Source of the DNA: the human T2T-CHM13v2.0 reference genome, Homo sapiens | Assembly (NCBI RefSeq): GCF_009914755.1 | Contig: NC_060925.1 | Direction: 5' to 3' (one strand) | DNA: 64,000 bases | Shown: piece after piece, positions 42,449 to 58,406 of the stretch | Layout of the letters: every line of letters begins with the position of its first letter | How positions within the stretch are numbered: the stretch's first letter is position 1 | Program-made: the position numbers and the translations under genes | Notes under the pieces: model-generated | Told to the model about the DNA's origin: nothing | The model's input: only the letters and a program-made list of their open reading frames with translations | Databases searched by the model: none

Positions 42449-45400
42449 ATGAAATTGAAATGGATGGACTCATCATCGAATGGATTCGAATGGAATCATC
42501 GAATAAAATTGATTGAAATCATCATCGAATGGAATCGAATGGTATCATTGAATGGAATCGAATGGAATCATCATCAGATGGAAATGAATGGAATCGTCAT
42601 AGAATGGAATCGAATGGATTCATTGAATGGAATCAGATTGAATCATCGAATGGACTGGAATGGAATCATTGAATGGACTCGAAAGGGATCATGATTGAAT
42701 GGAATTGAATGGAATCATCGAATGGTCTCGATTGGAATCATTATCAAATGGAATCGAATGGAATCACCGAATAGAATCGAATGGAACAATCATCGAATGG
42801 ACTCAAATGGAATTATCCTCAAATGGAATCGAATGGAATTATCGAATGCAATCGAATGGAATTATCGAATGCAATCGAATAGAATCATCGAATGGACTCG
42901 AATGGAATCACCGAATGGAATGGAATGGAACAGTCAATGAACACGAATGGAATCATCATTGAATGGAATCGAATGGAATCATCGAGTGGAATCGAATGGA
43001 ATTATGATCAAATGGAATCGAATGTAATCATCATCAAATGGAATCAAAAATAACCATCATCAATTGGTATTGAATGGAATTGTCATCAAATGGAATTCAA
43101 AGGAATCATCATCAAATGGAACCGAATGGAATCCTCATTGAATGGAAATGAAAGGGGTCATCATCTAATGGAATCGCATGGAATCATCACCAAATGGAAT
43201 CGAATGGAATCATCATCAAATGGAATCTAATGGAATCATTGAACAGAATTGAATGGAATCGTCATCGAATGAATTGAATGCAATCATCGAATGGTCTCGA
43301 ATGGAATCATCTTCTAATGGAAAGGAATGGAATCATCGCATAGAATCGAATGGAATTATCATCGAATGGAATCGAATGGTATCAACACCAAACGGAAAAA
43401 AACGGAATTATCGAATGGAATAGAAGAGAATCTTCGAACGGACCCGAATGGAATCATCTAATGGAATGGAATGGAATAATCCATGGACTCGAATGCAATC
43501 ATCATCGAATGGAATCGAATGGAATCATCGAATGGACTCGAATGGAATAATCATTGAACGGAATCGAATGGAATCATCATCGGATGGAAACGAATGGAAT
43601 CATCATCGAATGGAAATGAAAGGAGTCATCATCTAATGGAATTGCATGGAATCATCATCAAATGGAATCGAATGGAATCAACATCAAATGGAATCTAATG
43701 GAATCATTGAACAGAATTGAATGGAATCGTCATCGAATGAATTGACTGCAATCATCGAATGGTCTCGAATGGAATCATCTTCTAATGGAAAGGAATGGAA
43801 TCATCGCATAGAATCGAATGGAATTATCATCGAATGGAATCGAATGGTATCAACACCAAACGGAAAAAAACGGAATTATCGAAAGGAATCGAAGAGAATC
43901 TTCGAACGGACCCGAATGGAATCATCTAATGGAATGGAATGGAATAATCCATGGACTCGAATGCAATCATCATCGAATGGAATCGAATGGAATCATCGAA
44001 TGGACTCGAATGGAATAATCATTGAACGGAATCGAATGGAATCATCATCGGATGGAAATGAATGGAATCATCATCGAATGGAATCGAATAGAATTATGGA
44101 ATGAAATCCAGTGTGATCATCATCGAATGGACCCGAATGGAATCATCATCCAACAGAAGCTAATGGAATCAACATCGAATGAATCGAATGGAAACACCAT
44201 CGAATTCAAACGAATGGAATTACCATGAAATTGAAATGGATGGACTCATCATCGAATGGATTCGGATGGAATCATCGAATAAAATTGATTGAAATCATCA
44301 TCGAATGGAATCGAATGGTATCATTGAATGGAATCGAATGGAATCATCATCAGATGGAAATGAATGGAATCGTCATAGAATGGAATCGAATGGATTCATT
44401 GAATGGAATCAGATGGAATCATCGAATGGACTGGAATGGAATCATTGAATGGACTCAAAAGGTATCATGATTGAATGGAATTGAATGGAATCATCGAATG
44501 GTCTCGATTGGAATCATTATTAAATGGAATCGAATGGAATCACCGAATAGAATCGAATGGAACAATCATCGAATGGACTCAAATGGAATTATCCTCAAAT
44601 GGAATCGAATGGAATTATCAAATGCAATCGAATGGAATTATCGAATGCAATCGAATAGAATCATCGAATGGACTCGAATGGAATCATCGAATGGAATGGA
44701 ATGGAACAGTCAATGAACTCGAATGGAATCATCATTGAATGGAATCGAATGTAATCATCGAGTGGAATCGAATGGAATTATGATCAAATGGAATCGAATG
44801 TAATCATCATCAAATGGAATCAAAAATAACCATCATCAATTGGTATTGAATGGAATTGTCATCAAATGGAATTCAAAGGAATCATCATCAAATGGAACCG
44901 AATGGAATCCTCATTGAATGGAAATGAAAGGGGTCATCATCTAATGGAATCGCATGGAATCATCATCAAATGGAATCGAATGGAATCATCATCAAATGGA
45001 ATCTAATGGAATCATTGAACAGAATTGAATGGAATCGTCATCGAATGAATTGAATGCAATCATCGAATGGTCTCGAATGGAATCATCTTCTAATGGAAAG
45101 GAATGGAATCATCGCATAGAATCGAATGGAATTATCATCGAATGGAATCGAATGGTATCAACACCAAACGGAAAAAAACGGAATTATCGAATGGAATCGA
45201 AGAGAATCTTCGAACGGACCCGAATGGAATCATCTAATGGAATGGAATGGAATAATCCATGGACTCGAATGCAATCATCATCGAATGGAATCGAATGGAA
45301 TCATCGAATGGACTCGAATGGAATAATCATTGAACGGAATCGAATGGAATCATCATCGGATGGAAACGAATGGAATCATCATCGAATGGAAATGAAAGGA

Positions 45401-48400
45401 GTCATCATCTAATGGAATTGCATGGAATCATCATAAAATGGAATCGAATGGAATCAACATCAAATGGAATCAAATGGAATCATTGAACGGAATTGAATGG
45501 AATCGTCATCGAATGAATTGAATGCAATCATCGAATGGTCTCGAATGGAATCATCTTCAAATGGAATGGAATGGAATCATCGCATAGAATCGAATGGAAT
45601 TATCATCGAATGGAATCGAATGGAATCAACATCAAACGGAAAAAAACAGAATTATCGTATGGAATCGAAGAGAATCATCGAGTGGACCCGAATGGAATCA
45701 TCTAATGGAATGGAATGGAATAATCCATGGACTCGAATGCAATCATCATCGAATGGAATCGAATGGAATCATCGAATGGACTCGAATGGAATAATCATTG
45801 AACGGAATCGAATGGAATCATCATCGGATGGAAATGAATGGAATCATCATCGAATGGAATCGAATAGAATTATGGAATGAAATCCAGTGTGATCATCATC
45901 GAATGGACCCGAATGGAATCATCATCCAACGGAAGCTAATGGAATCAACATCGAATGAATCGAATGGAAACACCATCGAATTGAAACGAATGGATTTATC
46001 ATGAAATTGAAATGGATGGACTCATCATCGAATGGATTCGAATGGAATCATCGAATAAAATTGATTGAAATCATCATCCAATGGAATCGAATGGTATCAT
46101 TGAATGGAATCGAATGGAATCATCATCAGATGGAAATGAATGGAATCGTCATAGAATGGAATCGAATGGATTCATTGAATGGAATCAGATGGAATCATCG
46201 AATGGACTGGAATGGAATCATTGAATGGACTCGAAAGGGATCATTATTGAATGGAATTGAATGGAATCATCGAATGGTCTCGATTGGAATCATTACCAAA
46301 TGGAATCGAATGGAATCACCGAATAGAATCGAATGGAACAATCATCGAATGGACTCAAATGGAATTATCCTCCAATGGAATCGAATGGAATTATCGAATG
46401 CAATCGAATGGAATTATCGAATGCAATCGAATAGAATCATCGAAAGGACTCGAATGGAATCATCGAATGGAATGGAATGGAACAGTCAATGAACTCGAAT
46501 GGAATCATCATTGAATGGAATCGAATGGAATCATCGAGTGGAATTGAATGGAATTATGATCAAATGGAATCGAATGTAATCATCATCAAATGGAATCAAA
46601 AATAACCATCATCAATTGGTATTGAATGGAATTGTCATCAAATGGAATTCAAAGGAATCATCATCAAATGGAACCGAATGGAATCCTCATTGAATGGAAA
46701 TGAAAGGGGTCATCATCTAATGGAATCGCATGGAATCATCATCAAATGGAATCGAATGGAATCATCATCAAATGGAATCTAATGGAATCATTGAACAGAA
46801 TTGAATGGAATCGTCATCGAATGAATTGAATGCAATCATCGAATGGTCTCGAATGGAATCATCTTCTAATGGAAAGGAATGGAATCATCGCATAGAATCG
46901 AATGGAATTATCATCGAATGGAATCGAATGGTATCAACACCAAACGGAAAAAAACGGAATTATCGAATGGAATCGAAGAGAATCTTCGAACGGACCCGAA
47001 TGGAATCATCTAATTGAATGGAATGGAATAATCCATGGACTCGAATGCAATCATCATCGAATGGAATCGAATGGAATCATCGAATGGACTCGAATGGAAT
47101 AATCATTGAACGGAATCGAATGGAATCATCATCGGATGGAAACGAATGGAATCATCATCGAATGGAAATGAAAGGAGTCATCATCTAATGGAATTGCATG
47201 GAATCATCATAAAATGGAATCGAATGGAATCAACATCAAATGGAATCAAATGGAATCATTGAACGGAATTGAATGGAATCGTCATCGAATGAATTGACTG
47301 CAATCATCGAATGGTCTCGAATGGAATCATCTTCAAATGGAATGGAATGGAATCATCGCATAGAATCGAATGGAATTATCATCGAATGGAATCGAATGGA
47401 ATCAACATCAAACGGAAAAAAACAGAATTATCGTATGGAATCGAAGAGAATCATCGAATGGACCCGAATGGAATCATCTAATGGAATGGAATGGAATAAT
47501 CCATGGACTCGAATGCAATCATCATCGAATGGAATCGAATGGAATCATCGAATGGACTCGAATGGAATAATCATTGAACGGAATCGAATGGAATCATCAT
47601 CGGATGGAAATGAATGGAATCATCATCGAATGGAATCGAATAGAATTATGGAATGAAATCCAGTGTGATCATCATCGAATGGACCCGAATGGAATCATCA
47701 TCCAACGGAAGCTAATGGAATCAACATCGAATGAATCGAATGGAAACACCATCGAATTGAAACGAATGGAATTATCATGAAATTGAAATGGATGGACTCA
47801 TCATCGAATGGATTCGAATGGAATCATCGAATAAAATTGATTGAAATCATCATCCAATGGAATCGAATGGTATCATTGAATGGAATCGAATGGAATCTTC
47901 ATCAGATGGAAATGAATGGAATCGTCATAGAATGGAATAGAATGGATTCATTGAATGGAATCAGATGGAATCATCGAATGGACTGGAATGGAATCATTGA
48001 ATGGACTCGAAAGGGATCATTATTGAATGGAATTGAATGGAATCATCGAATGGTCTCGATTGGAATCATTATCAAATGGAATCGAATGGAATCACCGAAC
48101 AGAATCGAATGGAACAATCATCGAATGGACTCAAATGGAATTATCCTCAAATGGAATCGAATGGAATTATCGAATGCAATCGAATGGAATTATCGAATGC
48201 AATCGAATAGAATCATCGAATGGACTCGAATGGAATCATCGAATGGAATGGAATGGAACAGTCAATGAACTCGAATGGAATCATCATTGAATGGAATCGA
48301 ATGGAATCATCGAGTGGAATCAAATGGAATTATGATCAAATGGAATGGAATGTAATCATCATCAAATGGAATCAAAAATAACCATCATCAATTGGTATTG

Positions 48401-49552
48401 AATGGAAATGTCATCAAATGGAATTCAAAGGAATCATCATCAAATGGAACCGAATGGAATCCTCATTGAATGGAAATGAAAGGGGTCATCATCTAATGGA
48501 ATCGCATGGAATCATCATCAAATGGAATCGAATGGAATCATCATCAAATGCAATCTAATGGAATCATTGAACAGAATTGAATGGAATTGTCATCGAATGA
48601 ATTGAATGCAATCATCGAATGGTCTCGAATGGAATCATCTTCTAATGGAAAGGAATGGAATCATCGCATAGAATCGAATGGAATTATCATCGAATGGAAT
48701 CGAATGGTATCAACACCAAACGGAAAAAAACGGAATTATCGAATGGAATCGAAGAGAATCTTCGAACGGACCCGAATGGAATCATCTAATTGAATGGAAT
48801 GGAATAATGCATGGACTCGAATGCAATCATCATCGAATGGAATCGAATGGAATCATCGAATGGACTCGAATGGAATAATCATTGAACGGAATCGAATGGA
48901 ATCATCATCGGATGGAAACGAATGGAATCATCATCGAATGGAAATGAAAGGAGTCATCATCTAATGGAATTGCATGGAATCATCATAAAATGGAATCGAA
49001 TGGAATCAACATCAAATGGAATCAAATGGAATCATTGAACGGAATTGAATGGAATCGTCATCGAATGAATTGACTGCAATCATCGAATGGTCTCGAATGG
49101 AATCATCTTCAAATGGAATGGAATGGAATCATCGCATAGAATCGAATGGAATTATCATCGAATGGAATCGAATGGAATCAACATCAAACGGAAAAAAACG
49201 GAATTATCGAATGGAATCGAAGAGAATCATCGAATGGACCCGAATGGAATCATCTAATGGAATGGAATGGAATAATCCATGGACTCGAATGCAATCATCA
49301 TCGAATGGAATCGAATGGAATCATCGAATGGACTCGAATGGAATAATCATTGAACGGAATCGAATGGAATCATCATCGGATGGAAATGAATGGAATCATC
49401 ATCGAATGGAATCGAATAGAATTATGGAATGAAATCCAGTGTGATCATCATCGAATGGACCCGAATGGAATCATCATCCAACGGAAGCTAATGGAATCAA
49501 CATCGAATGAATCGAATGGAAACACCATCGAATTGAAACGAATGGAATTATC

Positions 49553-50860
49553 ATGAAATTGAAATGGATGGACTCATCATCGAATGGATTCGAATGGAAT
49601 CATCGAATAAAATTGATTGAAATCATCATCCAATGGAATCGAATGGTATCATTGAATGGAATCGAATGGAATCATCATCAGATGGAAATGAATGGAATCG
49701 TCATAGAATGGAATCGAATGGATTCATTGAATGGAATCAGATGGAATCATCGAATGGACTGGAATGGAATCATTGAATGGACTCGAAAGGGATCATTATT
49801 GAATGGAATTGAATGGAATCATCGAATGGTCTCGATTGGAATCATTATCAAATGGAATCGAATGGAATCACCGAATAGAATCGAATGGAACAATCATCGA
49901 ATGGACTCAAATGGAATTATCCTCCAATGGAATCGAATGGAATTATCGAATGCAATCGAATGGAATTATCGAATGCAATCGAATAGAATCATCGAATGGA
50001 CTCGAATGGAATCATCGAATGGAATGGAATGGAACAGTCAATGAACTCGAATGGAATCATCATTGAATGGAATCGAATGGAATCATCGAGTGGAATCGAA
50101 TGGAATTATGATCAAATGGAATGGAATGTAATCATCATCAAATGGAATCAAAAATAACCATCATCAATTGGTATTGAATGGAATTGTCATCAAATGGAAT
50201 TCAAAGGAATCATCATCAAATGGAACCGAATGGAATCCTCATTGAATGGAAATGAAAGGGGTCATCATCTAATGGAATCGCATGGAATCATCATCAAATG
50301 GAATCGAATGGAATCATCATCAAATGGAATCTAATGGAATCATTGAACAGAATTGAATGGAATCGTCATCGAATGAATTGAATGCAATCATCCAATGGTC
50401 TCGAATGGAATCGTCTTCAAATGGAATGGAATGGAATCATCGCATAGAATCGAATGGAATTATCATCGAATGGAATCGAATGGAATCAACATCAAACGGA
50501 AAAAAACGGAATTATCGAATGGAATCGAAGAGAATCATCGAATGGACCCGAATGGAATCATCTAATGGAATGGAATGGAATAATCCATGGACTCGAATGC
50601 AATCATCATCGAATGGAATCGAATGGAATCATCGAATGGACTCGAATGGAATAATCATTGAACGGAATCGAATGGAATCATCATCGGATGGAAATGAATG
50701 GAATCATCATCGAATGGAATCGAATAGAATTATGGAATGAAATCCAGTGTGATCATCATCGAATGGACCCGAATGGAATCATCATCCAACGGAAGCTAAT
50801 GGAATCAACATCGAATGAATCAAATGGAAACACCATCGAATTGAAACGAATGGAATTATC
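49553..50860 (+). repeat. 1,308-bp variant unit (A/B fusion subunit)
   Basis: One subunit at 50357 with an A-type leader and a B-type body. Confidence 0.9.
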
Positions 50861-53800
50861 ATGAAATTGAAATGGATGGACTCATCATCGAATGGATTCG
50901 AATGGAATCATCGAATAAAATTGATTGAAATCATCATCGAATGGAATCCAATGGTATCATTGAATGGAATCGAATGGAATCATCATCAGATGGAAATGAA
51001 TGGAATCGTCATAGAATGGAATCGAATGGATTCATTGAATGGAATCAGATGGAATCATCGAATGGACTGGAATGGAATCATTGAATGGACTCGAAAGGGA
51101 TCATGATTGAATGGAATTGAATGGAATCATCGAATGGTCTCGATTGGAATCATTATCAAATGGAATCGAATGGAATCACCGAATAGAATCGAATGGAACA
51201 ATCATCGAATGGACTCAAATGGAATTATCCTCAAATGGAATCGAATGGAATTATCGAATGCAATCGAATGGAATTATCGATTGCAATCGAATAGAATCAT
51301 CGAATGGACTCGAATGGAATCATCGAATGGAATGGAATGGAACAGTCAATGAACTCGAAAGGAATCATCATTGAATGGAATCGAATGGAATCATCGAGTG
51401 GAATCGAATGGAATTATGATCAAATGGAATCGAATGTAATCATCATCAAATGGAATCAAAAATAACCATCATCAATTGGTATTGAATGGAATTGTCATCA
51501 AATGGAATTCAAAGGAATCACCATCAAATGGAACCGAATGGAATCCTCATTGAATGGAAATGAAAGGGGTCATCATCTAATGGAATCGCATGGAATCATC
51601 ATCAAATGGAATCGAATGGAATCATCATCAAATGGAATCTAATGGAATCATTGAACAGAATTGAATGGAATCGTCATCGAATGAATTGAATGCAATCATC
51701 GAATGGTCTCGAATGGAATCATCTTCTAATGGAAAGGAATGGAATCCTCGCATAGAATCGAATGGAATTATCATCCAATGGAATCGAATGGTATCAACAC
51801 CAAACGGAAAAAAACGGAATTATCGAATGGAATCGAAGAGAATCTTCGAACGGACCCGAATGGAATCATCTAATGGAATGGAATGGAATAATCCATGGAC
51901 TCGAATGCAATCATCATCGAATGGAATCGAATGGAATCATCGAATGGACTCGAATGGAATAATCATTGAACGGAATCGATTGGAATCATCATCGGATGGA
52001 AACGAATGGAATCATCATCGAATGGAAATGAAAGGAGTCATCATCTAATGGAATTGCATGGAATCATCATAAAATGGAATCGAATGGAATCATCATCAAT
52101 TGGAATCAAATGGAATCATTGAACGGAATTGAATGGAATTGTCATCGAATGAATTGACTGCAATCATCCAATGGTCTCGAATGGAATCATCTTCAAATGG
52201 AATGGAATGGAATCATCGCATAGAATCGAATGGAATTATCATCGAATGGAATCGAATGGAATCAACATCAAACGGAAAAAAACGGAATTATCGAATGGAA
52301 TCGAAGAGAATCATCGAATGGACCCGAATGGAATCATCTAATGGAATGGAATGGAATAATCCATGGACTCGAATGCAATCATCATCGAATGGAATCGAAT
52401 GGAATCATCGAATGGACTCGAATGGAATAATCATTGAACGGAATCGAATGGAATCATCATCAGATGGAAATGAATGGAATCATCATCGAATGGAATCGAA
52501 TAGAATTATGGAATGAAATCCAGTGTGATCATCATCGAATGGACCCGAATGGAATCATCATCCAACGGAAGCTAATGGAATCAACATCGAATGAATCGAA
52601 TGGAAACACCATCGAATTGAAACGAATGGAATTATCATGAAATTGAAATGGATGGACTCATCATCGAATGGATTCGAATGGAATCATCGAATAAAATTGA
52701 TTGAAATCATCATCGAATGGAATCGAATGGTATCATTGAATGGAATCGAATGGAATCATCATCAGATGGAAATGAATGGAATCGTCATAGAATGGAATCG
52801 AATGGATTCATTGAATGGAATCAGATGGAATCATCGAATGGACTGGAATGGAATCATTGAATGGACTCGAAAGGGATCATGATTGAATGGAATTGAATGG
52901 AATCATCGAATGGTCTCGATTGGAATCATTATCAAATGGAATCGAATGGAATCACCGAATAGAATCGAATGGAACAATCATCGAATGGACTCAAATGGAA
53001 TTATCCTCCAATGGAATCGAATGGAATTATCGAATGCAATCGAATGGAATTATCGAATGCAATCAAATAGAATCATCGAATGGACTCGAATGGAATCATC
53101 GAATGGAATGGAATGGAACAGTTAATGAACTCGAATGGAATCATCATTGAATGGAATCGAATGGAATCATCGAGTGGAATCGAATGGAATTATGATCAAA
53201 TGGAATGGAATGTAATCATCATCAAATGGAATCAAAAATAACCATCATCAATTGGTATTGAATGGAATTGTCATCAAATGGAATTCAAAGGAATCATCAT
53301 CAAATGGAACCGAATGGAATCCTCATTGAATGGAAATGAAAGGGGTCATCATCTAATGGAATCGCATGGAATCATCATCAAATGGAATCGAATGGAATCA
53401 TCATCAAATGGAATCTAATGGAATCATTGAACAGAATTGAATGGAATCGTCATCGAATGAATTGAATGCAATCATCGAATGGTCTCGAATGGAATCATCT
53501 TCTAATGGAAAGGAATGGAATCATCGCATAGAATCGAATGGAATTATCATCGAATGGAATCGAATGGTATCAACACCAAACGGAAAAAAACGGAATTATC
53601 GAATGGAATCGAAGAGAATCTTCGAACGGACCCGAATGGAATCATCTAATGGAATGGAATGGAATAATCCATGGACTCGAATGCAATCATCATCGAATGG
53701 AATCGAATGGAATCATCGAATGGACTCGAATGGAATAATCATTGAACGGAATCGATTGGAATCATCATCGGATGGAAACGAATGGAATCATCATCGAATG

Positions 53801-56188
53801 GAAATGAAAGGAGTCATCATCTAATGGAATTGCATGGAATCATCATAAAATGGAATCGAATGGAATCAACATCAAATGGAATCAAATGGAATCATTGAAC
53901 GGAATTGAATGGAATCGTCATCGAATGAATTGACTGCAATCATCCAATGGTCTCGAATGGAATCATCTTCAAATGGAATGGAATGGAATCATCGCATAGA
54001 ATCGAATGGAATTATCATCGAATGGAATCGAATGGAATCAACATCCAACGGAAAAAAACGGAATTATCGAATGGAATCGAAGAGAATCATCGAATGGACC
54101 CGAATGGAATCATCTAATGGAATGGAATGGAATAATCCATGGACTCGAATGCAATCATCATCGAATGGAATCGAATGGAATCATCGAATGGACTCGAATG
54201 GAATAATCATTGAACGGAATCGAATGGAATCATCATCGGATGGAAATGAATGGAATCATCATCGAATGGAATCGAATAGAATTATGGAATGAAATCCAGT
54301 GTGATCATCATCGAATGGACCCGAATGGAATCATCATCCAACGGAAGCTAATGGAATCAACATCGAATGAATCAAATGGAAACACCATCGAATTGAAACG
54401 AATGGAATTATCATGAAATTGAAATGGATGGACTCATCATCGAATGGATTCGAATGGAATCATCGAATAAAATTGATTGAAATCATCATCGAATGGAATC
54501 GAATGGTATCATTGAATGGAATCGAATGGAATCATCATCAGATGGAAATGAATGGAATCGTCATAGAATGGAATCGAATGGATTCATTGAATGGAATCAG
54601 ATGGAATCATCGAATGGACTGGAATGGAATCATTGAATGGACTCGAAAGGGATCATGATTGAATGGAATTGAATGGAATCATCGAATGGTCTCGATTGGA
54701 ATCATTATCAAATGGAATCGAATGGAATCACCGAATAGAATCGAATGGAACAATCATCGAATGGACTCAAATGGAATTATCCTCCAATGGAATCGAATGG
54801 AATTATCGAATGCAATCGAATGGAATTATCGAATGCAATCGAATAGAATCATCGAATGGACTCGAATGGAATCATCGAATGGAATGGAATGGAACAGTCA
54901 ATGAACTCGAATGGAATCATCATTGAATGGAATCGAATGGAATCATCGAGTGGAATCGAATGGAATTATGATCAAATGGAATCGAATGTTATCCTCATCA
55001 AATGGAATCAAAAATAACCATCATCAATTGGTATTGAATGGAATTGTCATCAAATGGAATTCAAAGGAATCATCATCAAATGGAACCGAATGGAATCCTC
55101 ATTGAATGGAAATGAAAGGGGTCATCATCTAATGGAATCGCATGGAATCATCATCAAATGGAATCGAATGGAATCATCATCAAATGGAATCTAATGGAAT
55201 CATTGAACAGAATTGAATGGAATCGTCATCGAATGAATTGAATGCAATCATCGAATGGTCTCGAATGGAATCATCTTCTAATGGAAAGGAATGGAATCAT
55301 CGCATAGAATCGAATGGAATTATCATCGAATGGAATCGAATGGTATCAACACCAAACGGAAAAAAACGGAATTATCGAATGGAATCGAAGAGAATCTTCG
55401 AACGGACCCGAATGGAATCATCTAATGGAATGGAATGGAATAATCCATGGACTCGAATGCAATCATCATCGAATGGAATCGAATGGAATCATCGAATGGA
55501 CTCGAATGGAATAATCATTGAACGGAATCGAATGGAATCATCATCGGATGGAAACGAATGGAATCATCATCGAATGGAAATGAAAGGAGTCATCATCTAA
55601 TGGAATTGCATGGAATCATCATAAAATGGAATCGAATGGAATCAACATCAAATGGAATCAAATGGAATCATTGAACGGAATTGAATGAAATCGTCATCGA
55701 ATGAATTGAATGCAATCATCGAATGGTCTCGAATGGAATCATCTTCAAATGGAATGGAATGGAATCATCGCATAGAATCGAATGGAATTATCATCGAATG
55801 GAATCGAATGGAATCAACATCAAACGGAAAAAAACGTAATTATCGAATGGAATCGAAGAGAATCATCGAATGGACCCGAATGGAATCATCTAATGGAATG
55901 GAATGGAATAATCCATGGACTCGAATGCAATCATCATCGAATGGAATCGAATGGAATCATCGAATGGACTCGAATGGAATAATCATTGAACGGAATCGAA
56001 TGGAATCATCATCGGATGGAAATGAATGGAATCATCATCGAATGGAATCGAATAGAATTATGGAATGAAATCCAGTGTGATCATCATCGAATGGACCCGA
56101 ATGGAATCATCATCCAACGGAAGCTAATGGAATCAACATCGAATGAATCAAATGGAAACACCATCGAATTGAAACGAATGGAATTACC

Positions 56189-58406
56189 ATGAAATTGAAA
56201 TGGATGGACTCATCATCAAATGGATTCGAGTGGAATCATCGAATAAAATTGATTGAAATCATCATCGAATGGAATCGAATGGTATCATTGAATGGAATCG
56301 AATGGAATCATCATCAGATGGAAATGAAAGGAATCGTCATAGAATGGAATCGAATTGATTCATTGAATGGAATCAGATGGAATCATTGAATGGACTGGAA
56401 TGGAATCATTGAATGGACTCGAAAGGGATCATGATTGAATGGAATTGAATGGAATCATCGAATGGTCTCGATTGGAATCATTATCAAATGGAATCGAATG
56501 GAATCACCAAATAGAATCGAATGGAACAATCATCTAATGGACTCAAATGGAATTATCCTCAAATGGAATCGAATGGAATTATCGAATGCAATCGAATGGA
56601 ATTATCGAATGCAATCGAAGAGAATCATCGAATGGACTCGAATGGAATCATCGAATGGAATGGAATGGAACAGTCAATGAACTCGAATGGAATCATCATT
56701 GAATGGAATCGAATGGAATCATCGAGTGGAATCGAATGGAATTATGATCAAATGGAATCGAATGTAATCATCATCAAATGGAATCAAAAATAACCATCAT
56801 CAATTGGTATTGAATGGAATTCTCTTCAAATGGAATTCAAAGGAATCATCATCAAATGGAACCGAATGGAATCCTCATTGAATGGAAATGAAAGGGGTCA
56901 TCATCTAATGGAATCGCATGGAATCATCATCAAATGGAATCGAATGGAATCAACATCAAATGGAATCTAATGGAATCATTGAACGGAATTGAATGGAATC
57001 GTCATCGAATGAATTGAATGCAATCATCGAATGGTCTCGAATGGAATCATCTTCAAATGGAATGGAATGGAATCATCGCATAGAATCGAATGGAATTATC
57101 ATCGAATGGAATCGAATGGAATCAACATCAAACGGAAAAAAACGGAATTATCGAATGGAATCGAAGAGAATCTTCGAACGGACCCGAATGGAATCATCTA
57201 ATGGAATGGAATGGAATAATCCATGGAGTCGAATGCTATCATCATCGAATGGAATCGAATGGAATCATCGAATGGACTCGAATGGAATAATCATTGAACG
57301 GAATCGAATGGAATCATCATCGGATGGAAACGAATGGAATCATCATCGAATGGAAATGAAAGGAGTCATCATCTAATGGAATTGCATGGAATCATCATAA
57401 AATGGAATCGAATGGAATCAACATCAAATGGAATCAAATGGAATCATTGAACGGAATTGAATGGAATCGTCATCGAATGAATTGAATGCAATCATCGAAT
57501 GGTCTCGAATGGAATCATCTTCAAATGGAATGGAATGGAATCATCGCATAGAATCGAATGGAATTATCATCGAATGGAATCGAATGGAATCAACATCAAA
57601 CGGAAAAAAACGGAATTATCGAATGGAATCGAAGAGAATCATCGAATGGACCCGAATGGAATCATCTAATGGAATGGAATGGAATAATCCATGGACTCGA
57701 ATGCAATCATCATCGAATGGAATCGAATGGAATCATCGAATGGACTCGAATGGAATAATCATTGAACGGAATCGAATGGAATCATCATCGGATGGAAATG
57801 AAAGGAGTCATCATCTAATGGAATTGCATGGAATCATCATAAAATGGAATCGAATGGAATCAACATCAAATGGAATCAAATGGAATCATTGAACGGAATT
57901 GAATGGAATCGTCATCGAATGAATTGAAAGCAATCATCGAATGGTCTCGAATGGAATCATCTTCAAATGGAATGGAATGGAATCATCGCATAGAATCGAA
58001 TGGAATTATCATCGAATGGAATCGAATGGAATCAACATCAAACGGAAAAAAACGGAATTATCAAATGGAATCGAAGAGAATCATCGAATGGACCCGAATG
58101 GAATCATCTAATGGAATGGAATGGAATAATCCATGGACTCGAATGCAATCATCATCGAATGGAATCGAATGGAATCATCGAATGGACTCGAATGGAATAA
58201 TCATTGAACGGAATCGAATGGAATCATCATCGGATGGAAATGAATGGAATCATCATCGAATGGAATCGAATAGAATTATGGAATGAAATCCAGTGTGATC
58301 ATCATCGAATGGACCCGAATGGAATCATCATCCAACGGAAGCTAATGGAATCAACATCGAATGAATCAAACGGAAACACCATCGAATTGAAACGAATGGA
58401 ATTACC
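56189..58406 (+). repeat. 2,218-bp variant unit (three subunits, middle one 442 bp)
   Basis: Subunit landmarks at 56993, 57461 and 57903. The junction CGGATGGAAATGAAAGGAGTC at about 57789-57809 lacks one 26-mer. Confidence 0.88.
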
